Shown here: positions 44,669 to 54,557 of the stretch, piece by piece
Numbering within the stretch: the stretch's first letter is position 1
Layout of the letters: each line of letters begins with the position of its first letter
Source: Dehalococcoidia bacterium
GTDB taxonomy: Bacteria; Chloroflexota; Dehalococcoidia; SM23-28-2; RBG-16-64-32
DNA length: 64,000 nucleotides
Assembly (NCBI GenBank): GCA_963665775.2
Contig: CAXXTF010000002.1
Span: forward strand, 608,001-672,000
Direction: 5' to 3'
The notes under the pieces: model-generated
Databases searched by the model: none
Told to the model about the DNA's origin: nothing
Seen by the model: the letters and a program-made list of their open reading frames with translations, nothing else
Translations under genes and position numbers: made by a program

Positions 44669-45281
44669 GGATAGACCCTAAGATTTTTCTCCAGGGAGCC
44701 CCATGAGCTGGGTTCCCCCGCACACGCGGGGATAGACCGTTCGCCCCGCTCTGGCTAGCTGAGGAGCGGCGGGTTCCCCCGCACACGCGGGGATAGACCG
44801 CGACCCGATGTGGATGTCATAACCTTCTCCTCGGTTCCCCCGCACACGCGGGGATAGACCCCAGCCCCCACAATCATTGGCGGCTCGTATAAAGGTTCCC
44901 CCGCACACGCGGGGATAGACCGCGGAAGTCAGCCCCCACGCAACGTCTTGGGAGGGTTCCCCCGCACACGCGGGGATAGACCGAACGGGTCAGGCCCCCA
45001 TTGCGGCCACGTAGTTGGCGAGCGGTTCCCCCGCACACGCGGGGATAGACCCGGCTCCGTACGCTGGCTGGCCGGTTGCACAGAGCGGTTCTCCCGCACA
45101 CGCGGGGATAGACGAGCCGAGGCTATCACCGATGTGGAGCCCAACGCGGTTCCCCCGCACACGCGGGGATAGACCTATAGAGCGTCCCCATGGTATGTGG
45201 AAAGCGACGGTTCCCCCGCACACGCGGGGATAGACCCTCGCCCTCCAGCCGGGCCGCTGGCTGCTGATGCGGGTTCCTCCG
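44665..45281 (+). CRISPR. Type I-E-like CRISPR array, no cas genes in window: 9 full 28-bp repeats, a 5' half repeat, a degenerate 3' repeat, 10 spacers
   Basis: GGTTCCCCCGCACACGCGGGGATAGACC at 44711, 44772, 44833, 44894, 44955, 45024, 45087 (variant), 45148, 45209; spacers 33,33,33,33,33,41,35,33,33,35 nt. Confidence 0.96.
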
Positions 45282-45481
45282 AGTGCCACAAGAGGTCATC
45301 TTCTTCCGTGTAGGCCCGAGCGGAGGCAGAGGCGGCAACTGTGGCGGTCTCCCGTGGTTGACGCCCGGCAGGCAGCTCCAAGGGCAATGGGAAGACCAAC
45401 GGTGCGCTCCAAGCCAAAGCGCATTCGTGATTGGCTACCAGCCCCAAGACAAGAATGGGCACGAATTCCCAGGGGGTGAAG

Positions 45482-45571
45482 ATGGCCCTGTTCGGGTATG
45501 TCAGAGTGTCGCGGCGGGGCCTCCTTCTAGCAGAACAGGAGAGGCAACTGCAGGAGGCAGGCGGGCTCTGA
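45482..45571 (+). pseudogene. Serine resolvase N-terminal fragment
   Basis: MALFGYVRVSRRGLLLAEQERQLQEAGGL-stop (YxRVS motif). Confidence 0.55.
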
Positions 45572-45713
45572 ACAGGAAGCTAGGCATTGCTGTGTGGTAA
45601 TATCCTATCTCACGGAATCGTTTTTCCGCAGCCTGCTAGGGACCGCAAGGTGATCGTCGGTCAGAAGGCCGCGGGGACCATGGCCTGTGGGCGAAAGGGG
45701 AAGGAGTGAACCG

Positions 45714-46496
45714 GTGACGCTTCGTCTGTCGCGTCTACTCGCGATAGCGGTACTCGCTGCGGTTCTTGCGACGGCAGTTGCCTGTGAGTCACTCGGGCCT
45801 ACGGGAGCTATCACCGGCAAGGTGCGCTTTGCGAGCGAGGTCGCATTGCCCGAAGGCGCGGTCGTCACTGTCAAGTTGCTGGACACCACGTTGGCCGATG
45901 CTCCATCCATGGAACTGGGGCGCGACATGATTGAGAACGCTGACCGACTCCCGGTTAGCTTCCGCATCGAGTACGACCGCGACCGGGTCTCCGATCGCAA
46001 CGAGTATTCACTGAGTGCCGACGTCAGACACGGCGATGACCTGCTGTACGTCAACGACACTGTCCACCCTGTGCTCACGCGGGGCGCTCCGGGGAACTCT
46101 GATGTCGTGGTTGTCTCCACCAACCCCCTCGACACGTGCGTCGCACCCCTGCCGGGACAGATTCACTCTGGCATGGCTGATGAAGACCTGCCCCGTAAGG
46201 CCGTGCTCCACGTCCGTCTGATTGACGCTACCGATCCTGAAGCACGGCTCGTGGTCACGGAGACGACTCTGGGCGACCTCGGCAGGTTCCCGATCAAGTT
46301 CGAACTTCCGTCCGAGGACGTGCAGATCAGTCGCCACCGCAGGTATGAGTTAGAGGCCGAGATCGTTGTCGGCGACGAGACCCTCTACCACATCCCCAGA
46401 GATGAGTGGCGCCGGATACGGCTCCCACACTGCCCGAATGCGGACCTGCAGATCGTCAATAGCGTGTTCCCGGTCAGCGAGTTCCCGAAGGAGTAG
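45714..46496 (+). CDS. Lipoprotein with tandem YbaY/YscW-like domains
   Basis: Lipobox AVAC; LPEGAVVTVKLLDTTLADAP and a second repeat LPRKAVLHVRLID. Confidence 0.8.
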   Translation: MTLRLSRLLAIAVLAAVLATAVACESLGPTGAITGKVRFASEVALPEGAVVTVKLLDTTLADAPSMELGRDMIENADRLPVSFRIEYDRDRVSDRNEYSLSADVRHGDDLLYVNDTVHPVLTRGAPGNSDVVVVSTNPLDTCVAPLPGQIHSGMADEDLPRKAVLHVRLIDATDPEARLVVTETTLGDLGRFPIKFELPSEDVQISRHRRYELEAEIVVGDETLYHIPRDEWRRIRLPHCPNADLQIVNSVFPVSEFPKE

Positions 46497-46643
46497 TCCC
46501 GGGGCCTGCGTCATGCCTGTAGAAGTCCTTTCGCAAGTGTGGATTCAGGAAACGATAGTCCGAGTGGCGCTGCCTTTGCAGTGATGCGGGTAGCAGAGGC
46601 TTTCGAGCGAGTGCGGGTCTGATGGCATCACGACAATGAACGA

Positions 46644-47369
46644 ATGGCTCGTCCACATTTCCCTGACGTGAACAGACCAACCAGCTTGAGAACGGCGTGG
46701 CTCCTCATGGGAATCGTGGTTCTCCTGGTCGCGCTTTCAGCGTGCGGTGGAGACGTCGACCCACAGGTTCTTCCGCTGGACCCTTCTCCGGCGGCGGGCG
46801 CCTCAAGCGATTCCCAAGACAGTACACCAACATCTGCGTCTGTTGCTCCGTTGCCCTCACTATCACCGAGGCCCACTGTTAGGGCGCCTTCGCCAAGCGG
46901 CCAGTCGAATTCACCCCGAGATCCAGTCAAGGCGCCCGGGTTCTCTCTGATGTCCGGGCTAGGGGATCGTGTTACGCTCGACGCGTTCTTGGAAGGTCAG
47001 GATGCGGTGGTGGTCGTTTTCTACCGAGGGTTCTTCTGAGGTATCTGCCAGCAGCAGCTGGTCGAGCTGCAGAGCGCGTATTCAGAGCTCATCAGGCGCA
47101 ATGTCAATCTGGTAGCGGTCAGCACCGATACCCGGACCGATGCTTTACGGATGACGGCGCTGGCGGGAGCCAGATTTCCAATCTTGTCAGACCCGGATGG
47201 CGCAACCGCCCGCAGCTATGGAGTTTTTGACCTTCTCGGCGACGGCGTCGCTACACCTGCGACCTTCATAGTCAAGCAGGAGGGGAGCATCGGCTGGCGT
47301 TACGTTGGCGAGCATATAGGTGACCGCGCCACAATCCAGGACATCTTGACCGCTCTGGACGATTCATAG
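46644..47369 (+). CDS. Peroxiredoxin-like (AhpC/TSA) lipoprotein with selenocysteine (UGA 47037-47039, UxxC)
   Basis: ORFs 46644-47039 and 47151-47369 are one frame: FYRGFF-U-GICQQQLVELQ...VAVSTD...FPILSDPD; lipobox LSAC; SECIS-like hairpin. Confidence 0.85.
47054..47070 (+). promoter_or_regulatory. Bacterial SECIS-like hairpin
   Basis: GCAGCT-GGTCG-AGCTGC; G-starting loop 20 nt after the UGA. Confidence 0.65.
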
Positions 47370-47533
47370 CGAGGTGGAGGCGACTATTTGGCAGGGAGTG
47401 GGATTCCGACGCTAGACGAGTTGTCCAATCTCCGATCATCCCACAAGACTCCTATGGCCGTCTGCGTCGGACTTGGGCAGAAGGCTTACATCTGCCCAAC
47501 CACATCTCGAAGATGGTTCTGCCTACCATCAAA

Positions 47534-49252
47534 TTAGCCCGAATCCACCGAAGGACGGCCTTGGGGACAGCCCTTGAAGAAGGCAGAGGGTGCTCCTCTG
47601 AATCTGGGATAATGGTTTTGGAACAGAAACCCGCCCGGAAACAAGGAGCTCCCAATAGATGCTGCCACAGAACAAACCCGACCGTATCCGCATCCTCTTT
47701 GACGACCATCGCCTGGTGGCCAATGCCGGCCTGCTCCTGCCGGCCACCCTCGCCTGGCACCTGGGCCTACGAGAACTCGTCGACCATCACCTTGACCTCG
47801 GCGGCGCGCCGGGACGGGCGAACACTGGGGACAAGATGCTGACGCTGGTCGCTTCCGCGCTGGCAGGCGGCGACTGCATCGACGGCGCCGATGCGCTGCG
47901 CGCTGGTGGGACGGTCGGTGTTCTAGGCTGCGTGGTCAAGGCGCCATCCACCCTGGGGACCTTCCTGCGCAGCTTCCGGTGGGGGCATGTCCGTCAACTC
48001 GACCGCGTGAGCCGTCAGTTGTTGGCCCGGGCCTGGGCCGCTGGGGCCGGACCCGGCGACTCGCCCCTGACCATCGACTTGGACTCGACCATCTGCGAGA
48101 CCTATGGACTGGCCAAGGAGGGAGCGCGCCACCACGGCTATACCGGCGCCCGCGGCTATCACCCGCTGCTGGCCGTTGCCGCCGACACCGGCGAGGTGCT
48201 GATGTCCCGGCTGCGCGAGGGCCGGGCCAACACCGCCTGTGGCGCCGCCCACTTCCTGCGTGAGACGGTGGGGCGGGTGCGCTACGGCGGGGCCAGCGGA
48301 CAACTCACGGTGCGGGCCGACAGCGGCTTCTATACCCACGCCGTGGTCGCCGTCTGCCGCCGGATGGATGTCCGCTTCTCCATCGCCATCCGCCAGCGCG
48401 CCCGCCTGCGCAATCTCATCGAGGCGATACCCGAGGATGCTTGGACTCCCATTCCCTACTGGATGGACGGCGCCGCCGATGTGGCCGAGACCACCTGCAC
48501 TCCCTTCCAGAGTGAACCTGACGCCGCGCCGGTGCGGCGCATCGTCCGGCGTGTGAAGCCGGCGCCCAGTTCCCAGCTGGCCCTCTTCGCCACCTACAGC
48601 TATCACGGCTTCATCACCGACCGGGACGGGGAGATGCTCGAACTGGAGGCCGACCATCGCCGCCACGCCGAGATCGAGAATGCCATCCGAGACCTCAAGC
48701 ACGGTGTGGGGTTGAACCATCTCCCCTCGGGCCGCTTCGCCGCCAACGCCGCCTGGCTGGCGGTACAGGTGATGGCCCACAACATCGCCCGCTGGACAGC
48801 GCGCATCCGTCTGGGCGAGCAGGTGGTGACCACCAAGACTCTCCGGCGGCGGTTCTTCTCCCTGGCCGGACGGATCACCCGCTCGGCGCGCCGCCTCACA
48901 CTGCATCTGCCACAGCGCTGGCCTTGGGAAGCCCAGTTCGATCGTGCCCTAGCCCGATTGCGCGCCCTGCCACTCCCTGCCTGACGGCGGCGGCGGCAAA
49001 CGGCCGCCATCCGGCCAACCGAACGTCCCCGCGAACTCGCGCCAGTCCGGTCTGCGAGTGCCTCTTGCTGCGTCCTCTCCCCGCTATCTCGCCCTGACCA
49101 ACATTCGCAGACGGTCACAAAGTCTCCCCGCGGCAACTGAAGACAGACACCGGCCCCCCTCTACCCCAAATCGTGCCCGGACCATCGCCCTCCCTTGCCT
49201 CTATCGCCCGTTCCGCTGCTGCATAGTCATCCCTTCGGTGGATTTGGGCTAA
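47534..49252 (+). mobile_element. IS1380-family insertion sequence (transposase 47659-48984)
   Basis: 21-bp IR with 1 mismatch TTAGCCCGAATCCACCGAAGG / CCTTCGGTGGATTTGGGCTAA; IDLDST, RADSGFY, EIENAIRDLK. Confidence 0.92.
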
Positions 49253-49568
49253 AGCCAAAACCAAACCCTTTCAGGTAAAGAAAAGGAGCAGTCGCCGCGC
49301 CCGATAACGGGAGCGCCACCGCCCCTTCCTGTCCTAAATGTTAGATTAACTTATCGATATGGGTTTATCAAGTACACATTCGCCTTCAGGAACACAGCCG
49401 CGAAGCTGGAATTCCTCTGAGGCGATGCACTGCAAACGGAATTGCAAACGAACGGTTTGCAACTGCCCGTCACCGGGCATCATGAGCGGCCAACCCCAGG
49501 CCAAAGTTCAGATACGAAATGTGGCTGAACAGGATCACCCGACACACTCCATCACGACAATGAAGGGA

Positions 49569-49584
49569 CTCATAATCCCCTAGC
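49569..49584 (+). repeat. attR core of integrative element
   Basis: CTCATAATCCCCTAGC, identical to 29010-29025. Confidence 0.88.
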
Positions 49585-50839
49585 GCATCCGCCGCGCCAG
49601 GGTCCATCCCGCCAGCGCCACCACCCCCGCCAGCGCCAACGTCGTCAGCAATACCGCCAGGATCACCGCCACGGATGTCCCTCCGTCGTCCTCTTCTCGC
49701 CGCTCAACATCCAGAGGCGGAGCGTCCGTCGGCTGCGGTTCCGGCTCCTCCAGCGGAGCCAGCCCCAGGCTGGCCCGCCACTCGTCCTCCAGCCCATCCT
49801 GGTCGATGCCGTAGACCGCCATCAGCGCCTGGTCGGTCCCTTTCCCGCCCTTGATCTCCGCGAACAGTTGGGCGAATCTCTCTGAGCCATACGTATCGAC
49901 CAGGTAAGAAACCAGGCTCCAGGACTGGCCGTAGAACAGGTTGACCAGGTTCGGATCGCCCTGATAGGAGCTTATCGACCGGATCGAGAACAGATTGCCT
50001 CGATCCGCCGCGCGGTCAATTGCGCCACCATAACCGCCCAGGCTGGCCTGGCTGTAGACGGCCGTCCCCTCATTCAGCCAGGCCGGCAGGTTACCGAACG
50101 GCCCCTCACCGGCCACCGCCGTCACCACATGCGTCAGCTCATGGCGCAGAGTGTCGAAGGAGGCGTTGCCCAGTACCAGCACCGTGTCCGAGGCGACGCG
50201 CACCCCGGCCGTGATCACCGACTGCTCGTACGTCTCGCTGCGGCGCTGCAACGCCGGCCGCATGTCATTCACAGACCTGTATATCCAGACCTTGAGCGGA
50301 AAGTCTATGCTGGTGCCCAGCAGCTCCGACATGGAGGTGATAGTCTCCCTGGCTACCGCCAGCATCGCCCGGGCGTCCCCCTCGGAGCCCGAGTAGAAGT
50401 AGACGGTGACCCCATTCTCTTCCAGGGGCGTCCAGTCGAAACGGATATCGTTATAGAAGAAAGTAGCCGTCTCGGTGCTGGCGGTTTCGCCTTCCGCATC
50501 CGTAACCTCCCAGCGGTACTCGATCGTCGTTCCCGGCGCCAGATAGATGCGCGGCGGGCTGTTCCCCTCCAGGCTGAAGCTGGCCGATACGGCCGTCCCC
50601 GGTAGAAAATCCGCCGCGCCGACAGCGGCGGTGCCATCCGGCAGGACTGTGTAGCGGAGACGGATCCGCTCGATGGGGGAGTCGCTCTGGGTGGAAACCC
50701 GGAATACGATCTCGTCCGGGAAGCGGTTCTCCACCCCATCGTCCGTGACCGTAAGGCCCCCCTGTGCCCAGACCGACGGCGCCGCCATCAGGCCGGCAAC
50801 GGCGATCGCGAGAAGAAGGGCGAGACGCACGCTATTCAC
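49580..50839 (-). CDS. Peptidase MA-like secreted/anchored metalloprotease
   Basis: Signal peptide, HELTH, PAWLNEG, C-terminal TM. Confidence 0.85.
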   Translation of the reverse strand: MNSVRLALLLAIAVAGLMAAPSVWAQGGLTVTDDGVENRFPDEIVFRVSTQSDSPIERIRLRYTVLPDGTAAVGAADFLPGTAVSASFSLEGNSPPRIYLAPGTTIEYRWEVTDAEGETASTETATFFYNDIRFDWTPLEENGVTVYFYSGSEGDARAMLAVARETITSMSELLGTSIDFPLKVWIYRSVNDMRPALQRRSETYEQSVITAGVRVASDTVLVLGNASFDTLRHELTHVVTAVAGEGPFGNLPAWLNEGTAVYSQASLGGYGGAIDRAADRGNLFSIRSISSYQGDPNLVNLFYGQSWSLVSYLVDTYGSERFAQLFAEIKGGKGTDQALMAVYGIDQDGLEDEWRASLGLAPLEEPEPQPTDAPPLDVERREEDDGGTSVAVILAVLLTTLALAGVVALAGWTLARRMR

Positions 50840-51930
50840 CCAGGGTCGCCTTCTGATAGGCCCGCAGCAGCGGGCTCAACTCTCCGTCCAGGACCGCCTC
50901 CGCATCGCTAGTCTCGAACCCAGACCGATGGTCCTTCACCATCTTATACGGATGCAACACGTAGGAGCGGATCTGGTTGCCCCAACCCGCCGACACGTGC
51001 TCCCCCTTGAGCCGTGCCCGCTCCTGGGCCTTTCGCTCTAGCTCCCGCTCCAGCAACCTCGCTTCCAGCACCTTCAAAGCCAGCTCCTTGTTTCGGTACT
51101 GGGAGCGCTCGTTCTGGCAGCTCACAGTGATCCCCGTGGGCAGGTGGATTATTCGCACCGCCGTGGCGTTCTTCTGTACGTTCTGGCCGCCCTTACTGCT
51201 GGCCCGGAACACATCGATACGTAGATCATCCTGATCCAGCGACACCTCCGCCTTGCTCTCCACCATCGGCAGCACCTCCACCAGGGCGAAGGAGGTGTGC
51301 CGGGCATGGGCGGCGTCAAAAGGGGAGAGGCGCACGAGGCGGTGAACACCCCTTTCGCTCCTCAAGTAGCCGTAAACACTGCGACCGCCCAGCTCTAGCG
51401 TCGCGCTCTTGATGCCGGCCTCCTCGCCCGCCATCAGGTCCAGGATGGCGGCCGCATAACCCTGCTTGTCGGCCCAGCGCAGGTACATGCGCAGGAGCAT
51501 CTCGGCCCAATCCTGAGAGTCCGTGCCGCCGGCGCCGGCGTGAATAGCCAGGATGGCATCTCGATGATCGTACTCACCAGAGAGGGCAAGCGAGAGCTCC
51601 ATCTCCTCCAGGTGATCGGCCAGGGCGCTGGCATCGGTGCTGACCGCCTGGGTCAGCTCATCATCAGACTCGGCCTTAGCCAGCTCTAGAAGATCGGCCA
51701 AGTCCCGCGCCTTGGCCTCCGTCCCCCGCCACGTCTCGACCTGCTCCCGAGCCTCGGCGAGGCGCCGCATCACCTTCTGGGCCGAGGTCGATTCGTCCCA
51801 GAAGCCTGGCTGCGCCGACTGCTGCTCCAGACGGGCTATCTCACGCTCTAGGCTGGGGACGTCAAAGACGGTGGAGGACGTGGACGATGCGCTCTTGCAG
51901 CTGTTCCAGTGTAGACCTAGTGTCTTGCAT
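50832..51930 (-). CDS. prfB: Peptide chain release factor 2 (programmed +1 frameshift at CTT-TGA-C, 51867-51861)
   Basis: SPF and GGQ motifs; ATG 51930 with GGAGGT gives MQDTRSTLEQLQERIVHVLHRL then CTT TGA C. Confidence 0.93.
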
Positions 51931-51992
51931 CTCTGTGTTACCTCCGCTGCCACGATTATACCCTACGGAAACGGTCTACGCTGGCTCAGAGG

Positions 51993-52691
51993 TTACGCCC
52001 CCGACACCCTTAGCGATCGCCCCTTAGAGAGCTGGTCGGCGAGGCGCGTGGGCTCCGGCAAACGATAGCCCCGACAGAGCCGCAGGACCCACTGGCCCGC
52101 CTCCTGAAGGCCGATGCGGTGCCCCACCGAGACGTACACCGGTCGCACACCGTCCCGCGTGCGCAGGACCAGACCGATGAGATCGGGCCCATCCCGCAGC
52201 TCGGCGGAGGCGCCTGCCTGGGACGGAGGATCGAGGTGCTGGCCGGTCAGGCGAGACTTGGCGACCCCAATGGTGGGCAAGTCCAGCAGCAAACCCAGAT
52301 GGCAGGCGATGCCGAATCGACGCGGATGCGCGAGGCCGTGGCCGTCAGCCACCACGAGGTCCGGGGTCCGCTGGAGCTTCTCGAAAGCGCGCGCCAGAAG
52401 AGGCACCTCACGGAAGGCGAGGAGGCCGGGGATATACGGAAAGGTGAGAGGCTCCTCGACGACCTGCTGCTCGACGAGTCGCAGGTCAGGGTAGGAGAGG
52501 AGGATGACGGCGCCCCGAGCGGCGGTAGGCCGGCGACCGGCACGGTGATCCAGAAACGCGATGTCGGCGCCCGCCACGTAGCGGATATGTTGGGGCTCGC
52601 CCTTTGCGATCACCTGGGGCGCCAGGCGCGCCTGGATGGCTGCCGCCTCGGCGGGCGTCACTTGCCAGGCGTGGAGATCGCGTAGCCGCAC
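51993..52691 (-). CDS. nfi: Endonuclease V
   Basis: AGAD, PYIPGLLAFRE, DGHGLAHPRRFGIACH, GVAKS, LPEPTR. Confidence 0.95.
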   Translation of the reverse strand: MRLRDLHAWQVTPAEAAAIQARLAPQVIAKGEPQHIRYVAGADIAFLDHRAGRRPTAARGAVILLSYPDLRLVEQQVVEEPLTFPYIPGLLAFREVPLLARAFEKLQRTPDLVVADGHGLAHPRRFGIACHLGLLLDLPTIGVAKSRLTGQHLDPPSQAGASAELRDGPDLIGLVLRTRDGVRPVYVSVGHRIGLQEAGQWVLRLCRGYRLPEPTRLADQLSKGRSLRVSGA

Positions 52692-52772
52692 AGAGACAAT
52701 ATAGGGGGATCAAACGCCGCGTCGGACGTTAACGCCCACCTCCCGGAAGAGGTGCCATATCCGGTGTTACCG

Positions 52773-52943
52773 CTACTCCTCGTCGTGGTGCCGCACGCGC
52801 TCCCTTACCCGCTCGAGGGTTGGTCCCGCGCGGTCCCGGACCTTATGGCGAGTCTCAGAGCCCGTGGCCGGTGCCAGGAGCATGCCAATGCTGATACCCA
52901 GGACCAGCCCTAGCAGGAACGTCATAGGGAAAATCCTCATCAT
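52773..52943 (-). CDS. YtxH-like small protein (56 aa; not in ORF track)
   Basis: MMRIFPMTFLLGLVLGISIGMLLAPATGSETRHKVR...; GAGGAG RBS. Confidence 0.75.
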   Translation of the reverse strand: MMRIFPMTFLLGLVLGISIGMLLAPATGSETRHKVRDRAGPTLERVRERVRHHDEE

Positions 52944-53251
52944 TCAGACTCCTCTCCGAGAAGTTTTCATATACCCGAACCCATTGGCTCGGACGTGACG
53001 CATTTTACCACAGCTCACCAGCCCACCCTATCATACGCATTTCGAGCCGGTCTGGCCTAGGGCCACCCGGGCCGTAATCGCCGGTACGCATGGCTCCCAT
53101 CTTTGCCGCGGGTCACCCGAAAGGCTTTGCGGAACCGCGATTTCTCTTGACGGGACAGGTTACGTCTGATAATCATCGACAAGGTCGTTACCCGTTGACG
53201 ATACGGCCAGGGCCCCAACCAGAGTTCCAACTACATCGAGGAGGCTAGTCT

Positions 53252-53557
53252 ATGTCCCACGTAACGCTATGGCGGTTCACTGTCCTGCCCGGCAGACGGC
53301 AAGCGGTGATCGACCAGTTCGAAAAATGGGAGCGGGAGCATAAGCCCAAAGCCACTGGCTTCGAACACTCCCTCATCCTATCTAACAACGATAACCCGGA
53401 TGAGCTGATGGTTGCCGTGCGTTTCCAGAGTACGGAGAGCTACCAGGCCAATTCCAACCGGCCGGAGCAGGCCACCTGGTTCCAGGAGCTGCGGGCCAAC
53501 CTGGCTGCCGACCCCGTCTGGTTCAACGGGACGGTGACCAGAGAGTTGACGGCGTAG
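53252..53557 (+). CDS. Antibiotic biosynthesis monooxygenase-like protein
   Basis: 101 aa, GAGGAGG RBS, ESYQANSNRPEQ. Confidence 0.7.
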   Translation: MSHVTLWRFTVLPGRRQAVIDQFEKWEREHKPKATGFEHSLILSNNDNPDELMVAVRFQSTESYQANSNRPEQATWFQELRANLAADPVWFNGTVTRELTA

Positions 53558-53585
53558 CTACACCCATCGCCTCGGGGCCGCTGCC

Positions 53586-54473
53586 CTACTCTAGCCCCGT
53601 TTGCTGCTCCGCCAGGGCGACCGTGTTCGCCAGAAGCATCGCCACCGTCATCGGGCCGACGCCGCCGGGCACCGGCGTGATCGCCCCGGCTACCTCTCGC
53701 ACCGACTCGAACTCCACGTCGCCGACAAGTCGACGGCCCGACTTACGGCTGTCGTCCGGCACCCAGTTGTTGCCGACGTCGATGACGACTGCGCCCGGCT
53801 TCACCATCGCCGCCGTTATCGCCTGAGCGACCCCCATCGCCGCGATCAGGATATCGGCCTGCCGCGTGAAGGCGGGCAGGTCCGCCGTGCCGGTATGGCA
53901 GACGGTGACCGTAGCGTTGGCGCGGGCGCTCTTCTGCATGAGGATGGCGGCCAGGGGCTTGCCCACGATGTTGGAGCGGCCGCAGACGACGACGTGCTTG
54001 CCGCCCGGCGAGTGGCCGCTGCGGTGGAGCAGCTCCAGCACGCCGGCGGGTGTAGCGGGCCAGGGGCAGGGCTCGCCGCGCAGGAGGCGTCCCATGTTGA
54101 CCGTCGTGATGCCGTCCGCGTCCTTGGCCGGGCCGAGGGCGCCGATCACGTCCGACTCGCTCAGGTGCGAGGGCAACGGCAGCTGCACCAGGATGGCGTG
54201 GAAGCGGCCGTCCTCGTTCAGCTCGCGAACGCGGGCGATGAGCGCCCACTGGTCGATGTCCTCCGCCAGACGGATGGTGTCCGAGTAGATCCCGGCCTCC
54301 TCGGCGGCGTCCCCCTTGGAGCGGACGTAGGAGAGCGACGAGGGGTTATGGCCGGCTAGGACGAAGGCGAGGCCGGGGGTGACGCCGCGGGCCCGCAGCG
54401 CCTGGGCGCGCTGGGCGGCCTCCCGCCGCATCTGCTCGGCGATCGCTCGGCCGTCGATGATCTCTGCGGACAT
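53586..54473 (-). CDS. folD: Methylene-THF dehydrogenase/cyclohydrolase
   Basis: QLPLP, KDADG, GRSNIVGKP, DVG, TPVPGGVGPMT. Confidence 0.96.
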   Translation of the reverse strand: MSAEIIDGRAIAEQMRREAAQRAQALRARGVTPGLAFVLAGHNPSSLSYVRSKGDAAEEAGIYSDTIRLAEDIDQWALIARVRELNEDGRFHAILVQLPLPSHLSESDVIGALGPAKDADGITTVNMGRLLRGEPCPWPATPAGVLELLHRSGHSPGGKHVVVCGRSNIVGKPLAAILMQKSARANATVTVCHTGTADLPAFTRQADILIAAMGVAQAITAAMVKPGAVVIDVGNNWVPDDSRKSGRRLVGDVEFESVREVAGAITPVPGGVGPMTVAMLLANTVALAEQQTGLE

Positions 54474-54557
54474 GCGAGGCCATCATATCGCACCGCCCGC
54501 CGCCCGTCAGCCGGAGGCGGGAGGCAACAATGGTACAGAGCTACCCGGAAGCGTGGC

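Larger units (their letters stand above)
29010..49584. mobile_element. Integrative element / defence island (~20.6 kb)
   Basis: 16-bp direct repeats, integrase next to the left end, TGCAAAC(G) repeats near both ends, less GC-rich cargo. Confidence 0.88.

Noticed and set aside
44586-44710. Spacer 1 sharing TCTCCAGGGA with the adjacent IS3 remnant (self-targeting)
   Set aside because: Only 10 nt match; no full protospacer for any spacer noticed in the window by eye
44678-45338. Short repetitive ORFs (VYPRVCGG, LSPRVRGN)
   Set aside because: Translations of the CRISPR repeats
49359-49583. 74-aa ORF ending in GLIIP, like the oxidoreductase
   Set aside because: The shared ending is just the attR duplication; the rest overlaps att-arm DNA
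52944-53251. Possible riboswitch or 6S-like RNA in this intergenic region (also 23219-23725)
   Set aside because: Hairpins are present but match no family consensus I can support; needs an Rfam scan
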